The translations under genes were made by a program, and so were the position numbers. Shown in pieces: positions 21,945 to 34,987 of a stretch of 64,000 bases of DNA. The notes below the pieces were generated by a model. The model saw nothing but the letters and a program-made list of their open reading frames with translations. It was not told where the DNA came from and did not search any database. Every line of letters starts with the position of its first letter. Position 1 is the stretch's first letter. The stretch is from Malacoraja senta. Taxonomy: Eukaryota. The DNA is taken from contig CM075989.1 in assembly GCA_038087875.1 (NCBI GenBank), forward strand, positions 3,410,001-3,474,000, read 5' to 3'.

Positions 21945-23542
21945 GCTGACTGGATAGAGAATCACCTTCATGGAAAGACAGCGGGTGATAGTCGAAGGTT
22001 GGATTTCGGAATGGAGACCTGCGACTCGTGGTGTGTCTCAGGGATCCATGCTGGGTCCATTGTTGTTTGTAGTTTATATTAACCATTTGGATGAAAATGT
22101 ACAAGGCATGATTAGTAAAGGGCCTGTCCCACTTGGCCGTCATTTGCGCACCATTTACGCGACCTGGTAGCGTGTGGGTAGCGCGGGACGGGCGCATGGA
22201 GTGGCGTGGAGGAGTGTGGAGTTGCGCGCGGTATCGCGCAGCGCTCCAGGATTTCGTTCTGCCAAGTGGGACACCCTGGCACGGCGCAACGTCTCACCTC
22301 CAACAGCAGCAGAAGCAGGCAAGTGATCGCCGAGCTCGGCCTGGGGCTCACGGCCGTTGCGGATCTAGATCCGCCCCCACTCCTACTCCCAGAGCGGGGC
22401 CAAGACGATTGGATGACGGAAGCAATGGGTGACGTTTCTGGTCGAGACACTTCTTCAGACTAAAGAAGAGTCTCGACCCAAAACATCATCCATTCCTTCT
22501 CTCCAGAGATGCTGCCGGTCCCGCTGAGTTACTCCTGCATTATGTGTCTATCTTCAAATGACGTCACGCGCTCCAGACAGCTGTGCGGACACATGATGAT
22601 GCGCGCGACCTTCGCGCGACTGTCGCGTAAATGACGGCCAAGTGGGACAGGCCCTTAAGTTTGCGGACGACACAAAAGTAGGTGGCATCGTAGATAGTGA
22701 AGATGATTATGAAAAATTGAAGCAGGATTTTGATCAGTTGGCCAAGTAGGCTGAGGAATAGTTGATGGAATTTAATACAGATAAGTGCGAGACGTTGCAT
22801 TTTGGGAAGTCAACCCAGGGTAGGACCATGTTGAATGGCAGGACTCTAAGGAGTGTTGTAGAGGTGAGGGATCTAGAAGTGCAGGTACATAGTTTCTTGA
22901 AAGTGGCGTCAAAGGTAAATGGAGGTAGTCAAGAAGGCTTTTGGCACACTCGGAACATTGGCCATCAGTCGGAGTATTGAGTATAGAAGTTGGGATATTA
23001 TGTTACAGTTGCACAAGACATTGGTGAGACCACTTTTGTTCAGTTTTGGTCACCCTGTTATAGAAAAGGTGTTATTCAGTTGGAAAAGGTGCAGAGAAGA
23101 TTTACGAGGATGTTGCCAGGATTTGAGGGCCTGAACTATAGGGAGAGGTTGGGCAGGCTAGGACTTAGAGTGCATAAGGATGAGGGGTGATTTATGGAGG
23201 TGTATAAGATCATGAGGGGAATGGATAGGGTAAATGCACTGAGCCTTTTACCCAGAGTTGGGGAATCAAAAACCAGATTTAAGGAGAGAGGGGAAAGATT
23301 TAAAGGGAACTTGGGGGCAACGTTTTCACACGTGGTGGGTATATCGAACAAGTTGCCAGAGGAGGTAATTGAGGCATGTCCTATCATAAAATTTGAAAGA
23401 CATTTAGATGGGTACATGGATAGGAAAGGGTTGGAAACGGTATGGCCAAACGCAGGCAGGTGGGACAACAGTAGATGGGACCACATCTTGGTCGGTGTGG
23501 GCAAGTTGGGCCAAAGGGCCTGTTTCCATGCTGTATGACTCT
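21945..23542 (+). mobile_element. Degenerate CR1 LINE, second subfamily, interrupted by the MITE (also ~57085-58730)
   Basis: RQRVIVEG..SEWRPATRGVSQGSMLGPLLFVVYIN, ISK/FADDTK, MEFNTDKCETLHFG and LEKVQRRFTRMLPG motifs. Confidence 0.9.
22119..22655. mobile_element. PIF/Harbinger-type MITE (537 bp) nested in CR1
   Basis: Perfect 27 bp TIR AGGGCCTGTCCCACTTGGCCGTCATTT; TAA TSD at 22116-22118 and 22656-22658. Confidence 0.92.
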
Positions 23543-24007
23543 AAGTATCTATTGTGCCTCAAAAACAGCAACTTCCATTTAAATAGAACTTTTAAAATGT
23601 CAAAAGCTGCACAAATGTAATTAAACAACAGTAATACTGAGCCATACTAGAATGAACAACAACATCTAATCAATAATTAATCACGAGGCAGTCAATGCAG
23701 ATTGCAATACATATCAGAATTTCACATTCTCCTTAATCCCACCTTCTCTGCGCTTTCACTTCTCCTTCTACTGCTAGTTCAGTATTATTAACTTCTATAG
23801 TCTGCTTCAGATACCCCCACACTCATCTATTCTTGCTCACTTCCAGGTACCCTTCCATTAATTGGCTTTTAGAATTGGCACCTCATTAAAAGTTTCCTCT
23901 CCACGTTCTGTCCCCTCTCCCATCCAATATCCCTAGGTTGGAGATTACCTTTGCTGGCTGAAATGATAGTCACATCACCTCAGTAAGCAGATCTGCCAGT
24001 AATATTT

Positions 24008-24314
24008 AGGGCGGCACAGTGACGCTGCTTGTAGAGCTGCTGCCTCACAGCGCCGGAGACCCGGGTTCGATCCTCACCGCAGGTACTGAGTGTTTGAATT
24101 TGCACATTCACCCTGTGACCGTTTGGATGTCCTCTGGGTGCTCTGGTTTTCTCCTACATCCCAAAGACATGTAATTGGCCTCTGTAAAATTGCCTCAAGT
24201 GTGGGTATATGAAAGTGGATAATATGGAACTAGTGTGAAAGGTTGATCGATGAATGGCGTGGACTCATTGGGCTGAAGGGCCTGTTTCCATGCTGTATCT
24301 CTAAACTCAACTAA
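24008..24314 (+). mobile_element. tRNA-derived SINE; also ~59616-59912
   Basis: GGTTCGATCC B-box, same family body and tail. Confidence 0.8.
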
Positions 24315-24561
24315 AATATTTGCAGCACTGAACTATCCCTCGTTTGATACCAGTTAGAGATCTTATCCAAGGAGATCCTGGTGTGTCTCGGACAGAGAGG
24401 AATGATCTCAGTCCTTGTGAACTCAGCTATATTTGGCATCAGCACTTAACTTCCTTCACACCATTTAAAATAGATTTGTGGTAACTACAATGGTTAAACA
24501 TTTTTCTTTGATTGTTTTCTCACCTTTTTCCATTTCTTACACGCTATTGCATTTTTCTCAG

Positions 24562-24691
24562 CACACACTTTCAGGTTACAGATCACGACGGGCTGAGCAT
24601 GGTGCGGACTTCATGTGGTACCGAAGGCTTTAAGAATACGAAGAAAGGAACCCCGATTGCAGCTCAGACAGCCGCCATTTCAGCCGCCGCG
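24562..24691 (+). CDS. MRPS11: uS11m exon 4 (copy 1)
   Basis: CAG acceptor, GTAAAC donor; 130 nt; THFQVTDHDGLSMVRTSCGTEGFKNTKKGTPIAAQTAAISAAA, the uS11 core motif SCGTEGF..KKGT.IAAQTA. Confidence 0.97.
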
Positions 24692-26819
24692 GTAAACCAA
24701 TGCTTCCCCCCCACATACATATTTAACTCATTTTTACAATTAATGGTCGCAACCTTTCATTGCTGCATCTGAGAAACTGTGCTTTTGACATTTTTTATCA
24801 GATCCGCTAGTCCTTAAGTCCAAGATTCACTAAACTGTCTTCAGAGACATGATGACACTGTAATTTAAAATATTGTCCTATTAGCTGAAGACTCCTTTCA
24901 ATATAAACAGATATGACAGATTTGCATTCTGCTGGTTGTATGGGTTCAACGTTAAATTAGTTTTGGCAGCGTCCGTTTAATTAATAGTAATTGGAAAGGA
25001 ATAGGAAAAGATCATAAGAAATAGGAGCAGAATTAGGCAATTCGACCCATCAAGTCTACTCCATCATTCAATCATGGCTGATCTATCTTTCCCTCTCAAC
25101 CCCATTCTCCTGCCTTCTCCCCATAACCCCTGGCACCCGTACTAATCAAAAATCCTGATTGCAAATTTAGAAAGGCCACAAAGAGGACTGTGTGGATTTC
25201 CACCCGGTGGCAGCCCTGTGACCGTGTGGATTTCCTCCTGGTGCTCCGGTTTCCTCCCGGATCCCAAAGGAACAGCTTTGGGAAGTCCGATTCACTTCTA
25301 CCCCATTGTGGACGTTGGACTTTGTCAATGGAAGTGATGGGCTACAATGCTGAGAACTATATTCGCCACTCTTCCACTTTATCTATTGTACTTGAGTTTG
25401 ACTTGATTGTATTTATCTATGGTATTATCCAATCTGTTTGGATATCATGCAAAACAAAACTTTCCACTGTACACTTGACAATAATGTGGCACCTAAACCG
25501 AAAGATTTGCCGGTTTATAGGTTAATTTGCCTCTGCAACATTTTTTTTTTTTAATTCCAGTGTGTAGGGAGTTTATGACAAAATGGAATAACATACAACT
25601 AGTGCTAACGGGTGATCGATGATTGGCAGTGGACTGTAGGGTATGTTTCCCTGCTGTATCACTAAACTAAACTATATCAAAATGTGGTGCTAGTGACATA
25701 CAGATTGCTGTATGATTTTTTATTTCTGGTTCTGCTTCATTGATATTGTAGTACCCTGGGAGTTCTTGATTGAATGTTGTCGAGGGAGTTACTGTGGATT
25801 GAACACATTCCCAGCCTCACCGAGAAGCACTCGATGCTGGGCCTGGCTCCAATCTGAGAATTAATGTCCCTTGCCCTGAAGTACATGTAAATTCATCAAT
25901 AACATTTGCCCTTTCCCCAGCGAGATTCTGTATATATTCTACACAATATCCTCTTCAGACTGACAAACAATAATCTCCATCCAGTTTCCTGATTGATGGC
26001 AGGTTAGATCTCAACAATAATTAGTGGTATCTGCCAGCATATCCATGCATTGTACATTTGTATCATTGGTTTTGTCCAGAGGGAAATATTAAACTATTGA
26101 TTAGAAACATTGCTAATGTTTTCACTTCTGTGTTTAAGAAGCAGAAAACCTGAGAGTCGCACAATTTATCATATTTGTTTGCAAAGCATGATATGCCAAA
26201 TCTGTTTTCTGGGTCCTGTTTGATGGAGCTGATGTTAATATAATAATCTAAGCAAAATTTTTGAGAATGTGGAGCTGAACTGCAGATATTAGGATGAGGG
26301 GTAGGCAGTGTAAAACGTTGGGTAGCCCGAGTGCCAACATTCGAAGATCGGGATGTAGAAACTAGGAACTGCAGGTGCTGCTTTACCAAGGAAAGACACA
26401 AAACGCTGGAGTAACTCAACGGGTCAGGCAGCATCTTGATGGTGCTGAGCTACCATCAACCTCTTTGGAGACCCTCTGACCATCTTTAATTGGATTTTAC
26501 TGGAATTTTATCTTGCACTAAATATTATTCCCTTTGTCTTATATCTGTACACTGTAGACGGCTCGATTGAAATCATGTACGGTCTCTCCGCTGACTAGTT
26601 AGCACACAACAAAAAGCTTTTCACTGCACCGCTACACGTGATAATAAACTAAACTAAATATTCCTGGAGAATATGGATAGGTGACGTTTCGGGTCAGGAC
26701 CCATCTTTAGACTGATTGCAGGCATGGGGGGGGGGGGGGTGGGGGAAACAAAGCTAGAAGAGTGGAGGGGCAGAACAAAGCATGGCGGATCATTGGTGAA
26801 TACCAGTGAGGGGAAGCCA

Positions 26820-27095
26820 AGCGTAGACAGCATCCAGTGTTCTTGATGTGGCCTCCTGTACATCGGCGAGATCAAGTGTAGATTCGGCAACAGTTTTGCT
26901 CTGTCTGCCAAGGTTTACGGGAATTCCCAGTTGCTAATAATTTTACCTCCCCTTCCCATACTAAGCTTACTGTCCTGGTCCTCCTCCATTGCCAGAATGA
27001 GGTCACACGCAAACTGGAGGAAAAACACCTCATATTCTACTTGGGTAGCAAACAACCAAATGGTATGAACATTGAATTCTGAAACTTTAGGTAAC
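26820..27095 (+). mobile_element. PLE GIY-YIG endonuclease fragment (also ~62449-62724)
   Basis: IQCS*CGLLYIGEIKCRFG...RKLEEKHLIFYLG...GMNIEF, homologous to 33090-33370. Confidence 0.8.
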
Positions 27096-27399
27096 CTCTA
27101 CAACTCCACCCCCCCTCCCCTCCTCCCCAGAACCCTGGATAACTGCATCTATCACTACCCTCCGGTCCCACTAAACAATTTGCAACTCATCAATCCTCTA
27201 GCTTCACAATCGCAACTCTCTTGCCTCACACCTTGCGTGCGTTCATCCCTGGCCTTTGTAAACCCCCTTTGCCTTTGTGGCCTGCTTTCCTTTGTCCTGC
27301 CCCTACACTCTTCTAGCCTTCTTTCCCCCTACCCCTGCAATCGGTCTGAACAAGGATCCCTACCCATGTCACCTGTCCATGTTCTCCACGGATGCTGCC

Positions 27400-27754
27400 A
27401 TTAAGGGTTTGGACACGCTAGAGGCAGGAAACATGTTCCCAATGTTGGGGGAGTCCAGAACCAGGGGCCACAGTTTAAGAATAAAAGGTAAGCAATTTAG
27501 AACGGAGATGAGGAAACAATTTTTCTCACAGAGTTGTGGATCTGTGGAATTCACTGCCTCAGAGGGTAGTGGAGGCTGGTTATCTGGATACTTTCAAGAG
27601 AGAGCTCGATAGGGCTCTTGAAGATAGCGGGGTCAGGGGATATGGGGAGAAGGCAGGAACGGGGTACTGATTGTGGATGATCAGCCATGATCACATTGAA
27701 TGGCGATGCTGGCTCGAAGGGCCGAATGGCCTACTCCTGCACCTATTGTCTATT
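27400..27754 (+). mobile_element. CR1 3' end fragment (also ~63028-63382)
   Basis: IKGLDTLEAGNMFPMLGESRTRGHSLRI followed by the CR1 3' UTR. Confidence 0.88.
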
Positions 27755-28122
27755 GAGTCGATGTGTTACTCCAGCATTTTGAGTGTTAGCGTAAAGATCA
27801 CTTGGTTCGAGTTTCTGGACATGGTGATGTTGAACAATGCAATGCTATTACTGAATAAACAAAAAAATAGTGGAAACGGAAACATGGGTCTTTTTTGCTT
27901 TGTCCCAGAGAACAAACATTCATTCGTTAAGTAATTTAAAATAACCATTTCAAACTGTGTCATTAGCAATAATCAAAATTCTATTGGAGGAATATTATTG
28001 ACTTTGGGAGATGTGTTTACTAAAATCAGTTTTAAACTTTTGTTGCATTTAAAGAAGGCTGCAAAATCTCCCTCTAGTCAATCTGTGTTTACATGCTTTT
28101 GATTGGATTGAATTGATTGCCA

Positions 28123-28387
28123 GATGCAGCAGGGAAACAGGCCTTTCGGCCCACACTAATTCTGTGTTATCCCACTTTCGCATCCAATCCCTACACACTC
28201 AGGGCAATTTACAGAATCCAATTAACCTACAAAACTTTGAGGTGTGGGAGGGAAGCTGGAGCACCTGGAGATAACCCACTCAGTCACAGGTAAAACATGC
28301 AAACTTGACACAGACAACATCTGAGATCAAGATTGAACCGAGTCTGGCACTGCGAGATAGAAGCTCTACCGGCTGTGCCACTTTGCC
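28123..28387 (-). mobile_element. tRNA-derived SINE, degenerate
   Basis: Reverse-complement homology to the SINE family. Confidence 0.7.
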
Positions 28388-28660
28388 AGAACAAGAACAG
28401 GTACTTTGGCTCACAATGTTTGTGCCAAACATGATGCTAAGACCAACTCTTACCTGCCTGCATATAATCCATGCCACTATCGTATCAGCCTCAACCACCA
28501 GCTGGCAGCTTGTTCCTGGCACCCACCATCCACTATGTTAAAAGAAAAACTGCCCTGCACATCTCCTTTAAACTTTGCCCCTCTCACCTTAAAGCTATAC
28601 CCTCTTAGTATATATTTTTTTCCATTCTGGGATAAAAGGTTCTGACAGTCTACCTTACCT

Positions 28661-28815
28661 AGGGCGGCACTGTGGCGCAGCAGTAGAGTTGCTGTCGTGC
28701 AGCGCCGGAGACCTGGGTTCGATCCTGACCAGGGGTGCTGTCTGTACAGAGTTCTCCCTGTGACCGTGTTGGTTTTCTCTGAGATCTTCAGTTTCTTCCC
28801 ACAGTCCAAAGACAC
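28661..28815 (+). mobile_element. tRNA-derived SINE 5' half
   Basis: TGGCGCAGCAGTAGAG and GGTTCGATCC boxes. Confidence 0.8.
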
Positions 28816-29138
28816 ACCTAGTCCTAGGGCCAGAACATTGTATGCACAGCTGTTCTTTGGAGAAACTGTCCGAAAATTACAATAGAGAAAAACACTTGTT
28901 CATTCACCACCAATCAAGCCAGTTCAGGTGGCTTATCTCTCCATTTTCTCTGTTTTCTAGCCATGTATTAGTTTTCCTTTCACTCCATTCCTTTTCTATC
29001 AGATTCTTCACTCTTGTCAGCCTTGACTGGTGTTCTTTGCACTTCTGTTGAGATGGGAAGTGTATTTGCCCGCCTGGTCCTTTAAAACATAAGGTGGCTT
29101 AATTTGCACTGATGCCTAGAATATGCACCTCACAAATC

Positions 29139-29413
29139 CGGCACGGTGGCGCAGTGGTAGAGTTGCTGCTTTTCAGCGCCAGAGACCCGGGTTTGATCGT
29201 GACTACGGGTGCTGTCTGTACAAAGTTTTACCGTCTCCCCGTGACTGCGTGGGTTTTCTCCAGGTGCTCCGGCTTCCTCCCACACTCCAAAGACGTGCAG
29301 GTTTATTGACTTGGTAAACATTGTAAATTGTCGCTAGTGTACGCTTGTTGGCGCGGATTCGGTGGGCTGAAGGGCCTGTTTCCGCGCTGTATCTCCAAAC
29401 TAAACTAAACTAA
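29139..29413 (+). mobile_element. tRNA-derived SINE
   Basis: TGGCGCAGTGG A-box and (TAAAC)n tail. Confidence 0.85.
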
Positions 29414-30769
29414 AGCCATAACTCGCTGCAAAGTTGAGGCTACTTTGAGTAACTATGCCAAGCTTAACCCTACAGAATCTATCTGTGTTGAGGAGCAGCA
29501 AGGAAATCTGAACCCAATCCAGAAATAAAAAGTAAAAAATGGACAGATGGGAAGGAATTAAACTCCACCGTAATGTGATATTTTGCAGTTATCTTAACTA
29601 TCCAATACAATTCTAAACATCTCTCAAAGCAATTAATTTAATTAGAACACCTTTTAAAAATGGGTTTTGTTTCGACCAGCAGTCATATTTTAGGTAAGTT
29701 CATGATGAATATTTCAAAATGACAATCGGCTTCATTGTACCAGGATGATCAGCTGAAAAACCTTGCTTCTATATCCTGTTATTTAATTGTTTTCCTGAAA
29801 TCATATCTGCTTGCAAATGCGTGCTAATCCTCAGATGCACATTTTCCACTCACACGTTTAATATTTGTTGCAAGGATTACACAAATGTAATATTCCAGCA
29901 AATTAATGTTGCTTATACTCAGTTTATAAAAAGCAGTCCATTTTTCCTCACCTCATTGTAATCTATTTTACTCATAAACTTGACCGATCCTGCTTAAAAA
30001 AACAATTTTAAAGTTGCTGTTGGTGATTGTAAAATAATTATGAAGTGCCACTAACCTGCGGAAGGTGGAAAAGTGGAGACCCAAGCCTTCTCTCCCCCAA
30101 CCCAACAATCAACCTCTCCTTACCTGGATCAACCTATCACTTATGCAGACACAAAATGCTGGAGTAACTCAGTGGGTCAGGCAGCATCTCTGAAGAAAAG
30201 GAATATGTGATGTTTCAGGTTGAGACCCTTCTTCAGACCTCTTCTTCAGACTTTGGTGCATCTGCGGTTCCTTCCCACGCAGTTCTGAAGTCTCCCATTC
30301 CTTCTCTCCAGAGATGCTGCCTCCCGCATTTTGTGTCTATGTTTGGTGTAAACAAGCATCTGCAGTTCCTTCCTACATATCCACATATCATTTTTGAGCT
30401 CTTGCCTCACCCTTTCCCCTCATCTTTTTTTTTACCAAATATCTCCCCTCTACTCTGACCTGAAATATCATCTGTCCATTCCTCTACAAATGCTATTTGC
30501 CCCCTTGAGTTATTCCAGCACTTTGGTTTTTTTGTGCATAGAACAATGGATCCTGGATGTGCCCCTGCTGGTTCTCACTTAAATAGAGACATCGTTTTGC
30601 AGGGACACAGACATTGAAAGCAACGCTGTTGTGCATTGTTCATGAATTTTGAAATAGCATCATTACAATCTTGCATGTTAGAGAACAGCTTCAATAGGTG
30701 GTGCTATTGCCCCAAAAACTTGAAGTAGTAGTGAAGAAAAGAACATTAGACAAAGTAGGGATATTGATT

Positions 30770-30981
30770 GTGGAGGAAAGAACGGCAGATGATGGTTTAA
30801 ATTCAAGATAGGCACAAAATGCTGGAGTCACTCAGCGGGGCAGGCAACATCTCTGGAGAGAAGGAATGGGTGATGTTTCAGGTCAAGAAAAGAAGAAGGG
30901 TCTCGACCGGAAACGTCACCCATTCCTTCTCTCGTGAGATGCGGCCTGTCGGCTGAGTTACTCCAGCATTTTGTGTCTATC
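30770..30981. mobile_element. PLE-terminus mini-element, inverted pair
   Basis: TSD TAGGGATATTGATT / TAGGGATATATTGATT; two opposed ~80 bp arms. Confidence 0.8.
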
Positions 30982-32075
30982 TAGGGATATATTGATTCAC
31001 ATGCAGCCACACGTGTTTTTGCAAATTTCACATCTGTGTTAAATATCATGGTACAATAATTTTGTTCATTTCACCAGCCCGTAGAAAGCATTCAGCCCCC
31101 AATGTTTAGCAGACGATCTGTTATTTAGGAGTCAACCAGGTTGCTATGGATGTGTTCATGTGTAGAGTTGATGTACAAACCTGCCAGATTTTGAAATATT
31201 GCGATGTTCAGCTTGGGCAGCTTATAACCCAGCAGTATGAATATTGAAATATCAAGCTTTAGGTAACAACCCACACCCCCGCGCCTTCTCCTCCCCTGCC
31301 CACCCCTTCCCTGTGTCCCACCAGACATGCAACCATTTCTCCCACTGTCCTGTCCTTTTCTTCCTTTCTCTTCCCCTCCCCCATCTTCTCCCACCTATAT
31401 CCCTTCCTCTGCACATTTCACTCCTCTCCTTATCTTACATCGTTTTGTCTCGTTTTCCACCCATCTGCCGATCAAATCCTCCTCGTCTGTATCCACCTAT
31501 CACTTGCCGGGCGTTGTCCCACCCCCACCTCTTTTCTAGCTTTCTCCCCCCCCCTCCCCCCACTACATTCATTCTGTATAAGTGTCTTGACCGGAAAAGT
31601 CAGATATTCAAGTACCCTAGAGATGCTGCCTGGCCCGCTGAGTTACTCCAACATTTGTGTTTAGAAAAAAAAAATATTGATCAATTTCTCCCATGAAAGG
31701 GGAAGACTTTAAAGATTTGTGTTTTATGCTTATTTTAATACTGCACTGAATGTCCCCTGAGTGTTCACCAGTCTGATACAGGCTCGTTCACCACTGAGAT
31801 CCAGACAGAAACATACATAATTTATATGGGGAGGTCCAAGGACCAACTTTTTCTTGGCTTGGGAGGAAAATTAAGGAAGTAGTTTTGTGTGAGAAATGAG
31901 TAAGGTGCACTAATTAAATTATGACCCATAACTACTTACACTTTATATTTATTAGCTGAGTAGTTAGTCACAAAACCTTGCTGACTTTGGCCCATTTTAT
32001 CACGTGCTTCTAAGTACTTGGAAACCTCATCCTTAATATTGGACTCTAAAATCTTACCAACCACTGAAGTCAGGC

Positions 32076-32275
32076 NNNNNNNNNNNNNNNNNNNNNNNNN
32101 NNNNNNNNNNNNNNNNNNNNNNNNNNNNNNNNNNNNNNNNNNNNNNNNNNNNNNNNNNNNNNNNNNNNNNNNNNNNNNNNNNNNNNNNNNNNNNNNNNNN
32201 NNNNNNNNNNNNNNNNNNNNNNNNNNNNNNNNNNNNNNNNNNNNNNNNNNNNNNNNNNNNNNNNNNNNNNNNNNN
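32076..32275. other. Assembly gap (200 N)
   Basis: Exactly 200 Ns, a round number typical of an unsized scaffold join. Confidence 0.99.
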
Positions 32276-32614
32276 GTAGAGGCCTCAGGCTATCCGAGTA
32301 AATGATCTGCAATAGGCTGTGTACCACTAGAATAAATAGTTAGGAAAGCTCACAATTTAATTCAAGCAGGTGTGAGTTGTTGCACATTGGCAGGTCAAAG
32401 ACAAAGGGAATTATGCATTTAATGGCAGAACCTTTATCAGCATTGATTTACAGAGAGATCTTGGGGTCCAAGTCCGTAGCTCCCTGAAAGTAGCAACACA
32501 AGTGGATAGAGTGGTAAAGAAGACATATGGTATTAGCTGGAGCCTTTACTATGAGAGTCAGGAAGTCATGTTGCAGCTTTATAAAATATTGGCTTGAATA
32601 CATTCGGAGTATAG

Positions 32615-33575
32615 AGATCCCCTATAAACCCACTGACTCCCATGGCTATCTGGACTACACTTCTTCCCACCCTGCTACCTGTAAGGACTTCATCCCCTAC
32701 TCCCAATTCCTCCGTCTACGCCGCATCTGCACCCAGGATGAGGTGTTCCACACCAGGGCATCGGAGATGTCTTCATTCTTCAGGGAACGGGGATTCCCCT
32801 CTTCTACCCGGCTCTCACCAGGGTCTCTTCTATACCCCGTGACTCTACTCTCACTCCCCATCCTCCCACTCGTAACAAGGGCAGAGTCCCCCTTGTCCTC
32901 ACCTTCCACCCTACTAGCCGTCACGTACAACAAATAATCCTCCATCATTTTCACCACCTCCAACGTGACCCCACCACTTGCCACGCCAATGCTACACGTG
33001 TCGCTTTACCTCCCCCCTTGACTCCATTCAAGGACCCAAGCAGTCTTTCCAGGTGCGGCAGAGGTTCACCTGCACCTCCTCCAACCTCATCTATTGCATC
33101 CGCTGCTCTAGATGTCAGCTGTTCTACATCGGTGAGACCAAGCATAGGCTTGGCGATCGCTTCGCCGAACACCTCCCCTCGCAATAACCAACCTGATCTC
33201 CCGGTGGCTCAGCACTTCAACTCCCCCTCCCATTCCGAATCTGACCTTTCTGTCCTGGGAATCCTCCATGGCCAGAGTGAGGACCACCGTAAATTGGAGG
33301 AGCAGCACCTCATATTTCGCTTGGGCAGTTTGCACCCCAGCGATATGAACATTGAATTCTCTAATTTTAGGATGTCCTTACTTTCTCCTCCCCTTCTCAG
33401 CTCTCCCTCAGCCCACTGGCTCCACCTCTTCCTTTCTTCTTCCCGCCCCCCCCCCCCCCCCACCCCCCACCCTCACATCAGTCTGAAGAAGGGTTTCAGC
33501 CCAAAACGTTGCCTATTTCCTTCGCTCCATAGATGCTGCCTCACTCGCTGAGTTTCTCCAGCATTTTTGTCTATC
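32615..33575 (+). mobile_element. Penelope-like element 3' part: RT C-terminus, GIY-YIG endonuclease, terminal repeat with degenerate hammerhead motif
   Basis: YKPTDSHGYLDYTSSHP...IPYSQFLRLRRIC; FTCTSSNLIYCIRCSRCQLFYIGETKHRLGDRFAEHL; PVAQHFN...RKLEEQHLIFRLGSLHPSDMNIEF; then CTGAAGAAGGGTTTCAGCCCAAAACGTTG at ~33483. Confidence 0.93.
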
Positions 33576-34532
33576 GTCAAATTCAATAATACGGGATTGG
33601 CTCTTTCGGACAAAGATTAAAAGAAATTTCTTGACCAAGATGGTACCAAATGTCTTGAAATTTCTATCCAGCATAGTTGGGGGAGGGGGGCTCAGTCACC
33701 ATTGAACTCAGAGATCAATAGATTTATAGATACGAGCAGTCCATGAGCTACATAAGGATTTTGTTACTGAAAACTGTCCGTAAGCAAACCACTGAAACCT
33801 CAATTTTCTACAGCTACCTATATCATATCACTCCACATACACTTGCCATTATCCTTTCATTTCAGTGAAAACCACCCATAATTAAATTAGTGAGTTATAT
33901 ACCCTATCCAGTCACTAATGAATACGAAGAAACATTTGATTATTATTTAGCTAAAAAAATGTTTTAAAAATGTATTGGAGACTTTGTGCGCAGCAAGTCA
34001 GGTCATAAGTACCCTGGCAGACCTTGTATTAAGGAAATCAAGGGTTTGTGTAAGAAAGTAGCACTGAAGTTAAAAATAATTCAGCCATGATCGTGTGAAA
34101 TGGTGGAGCAGGTACGCTGGGTTAAATGGCCCGCATCTGCTTCTATTTCTAATGTTTATATGGAAAGTTTCGAATTGTATCTCTGGCAGGAATTACAGTG
34201 TCTAAATAGCACAGCAACTGAGACCACATTATAACTATAACAGTTAAGGTACTGTGAAAGGACAAATGGGGTGGGATTGGGCTGTGTTTGTTGATCTGTG
34301 TCTTTCGGAGGTGCATGATTTTGTAATTGTTATAAGAGCATTCTGAAGAAGGAAAAAAACGCTTGAGTGCCTGCAACAGTAAACACCACATTAAACAGAG
34401 ATTCTGTATATAAGGAGCAGATGAATCTTTGCTGTATTTGATGCTCTGAAATAAAGTCTTGATGCTCTGCCCAATCTTTGTGGTGTGTTTTAAAGTTTTT
34501 TTAAACAATACAAATCAGGACAAGACACAGAC

Positions 34533-34731
34533 CTTGCACTCTCGCAGTAGGTTTGAACTTCCTGAGCTTCTGTTCCCACACATCCTCCAGATCTTGGCTG
34601 GTCACAATGTCTTGGCCAGCATCCTCCTCTTCATCAGAATCATAATTATTTGCCTGCCTTCGACGAATTCTTTCTTCATCTTCAAAGACTCGTAGCTCAT
34701 GATCAGAATAGAGACTTTTCTCCAGTTCCAT
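34533..34731 (-). CDS. MRPL46: mL46 coding exon 2 (copy 2)
   Basis: Pyrimidine tract and CAG acceptor at 34732-34734; 199 nt encoding [66 protein letters not shown], matching MRPL46 [14 protein letters not shown]...QDLEDMWEQK; phase 0 in, GT donor phase 1 out. Confidence 0.95.
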
Positions 34732-34987
34732 CTGTAAAATATAAGCAAGATCAATTGCATTTTAGGAAGCTGGAAATGAATTCAATGCACCATAGCATCA
34801 GACTCATACACTCAGAAACTAGATCCCCAGCCCAGCAAATCCATATTGACCATCAAGCATCCATTTACATTATCCATATCCCTCTATTCCCTGCACATGA
34901 ATGTGCCCATCCAGAAGTCATCATGCTCCCATTTACATTAGATCAACACAAATCCCATTTTATTCTCCTTACATATCTATCAACTTC

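Larger units (their letters stand above)
1..28372 (+). repeat. Large direct duplication, copy 1 (matches 35948-64000)
   Basis: TATTGATTTGCAAGCTG at 1 and 35948; the window end GCTCTACCGG matches 28363-28372; colinear ORF track throughout. Confidence 0.99.

Noticed and set aside
24692..32075. MRPS11 exons 5-6 of copy 1
   Set aside because: No VVVKGLGPGR or ITDNTPIPHNGCRP-like coding sequence was seen by eye; TBLASTN would be needed to exclude it fully.
197..33575. Dispersed short repeats as a CRISPR-like array
   Set aside because: Irregular spacing, both orientations, TSDs and PLE homology; eukaryotic intronic context.
34080..34145. Possible MRPL46 exon 3 (minus-strand AG|AAGCAGAT, EAD-like start)
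   Set aside because: Stops after about 20 codons, lacks the DRTSL.RKLD-type motif, and matches a CR1 3' UTR.
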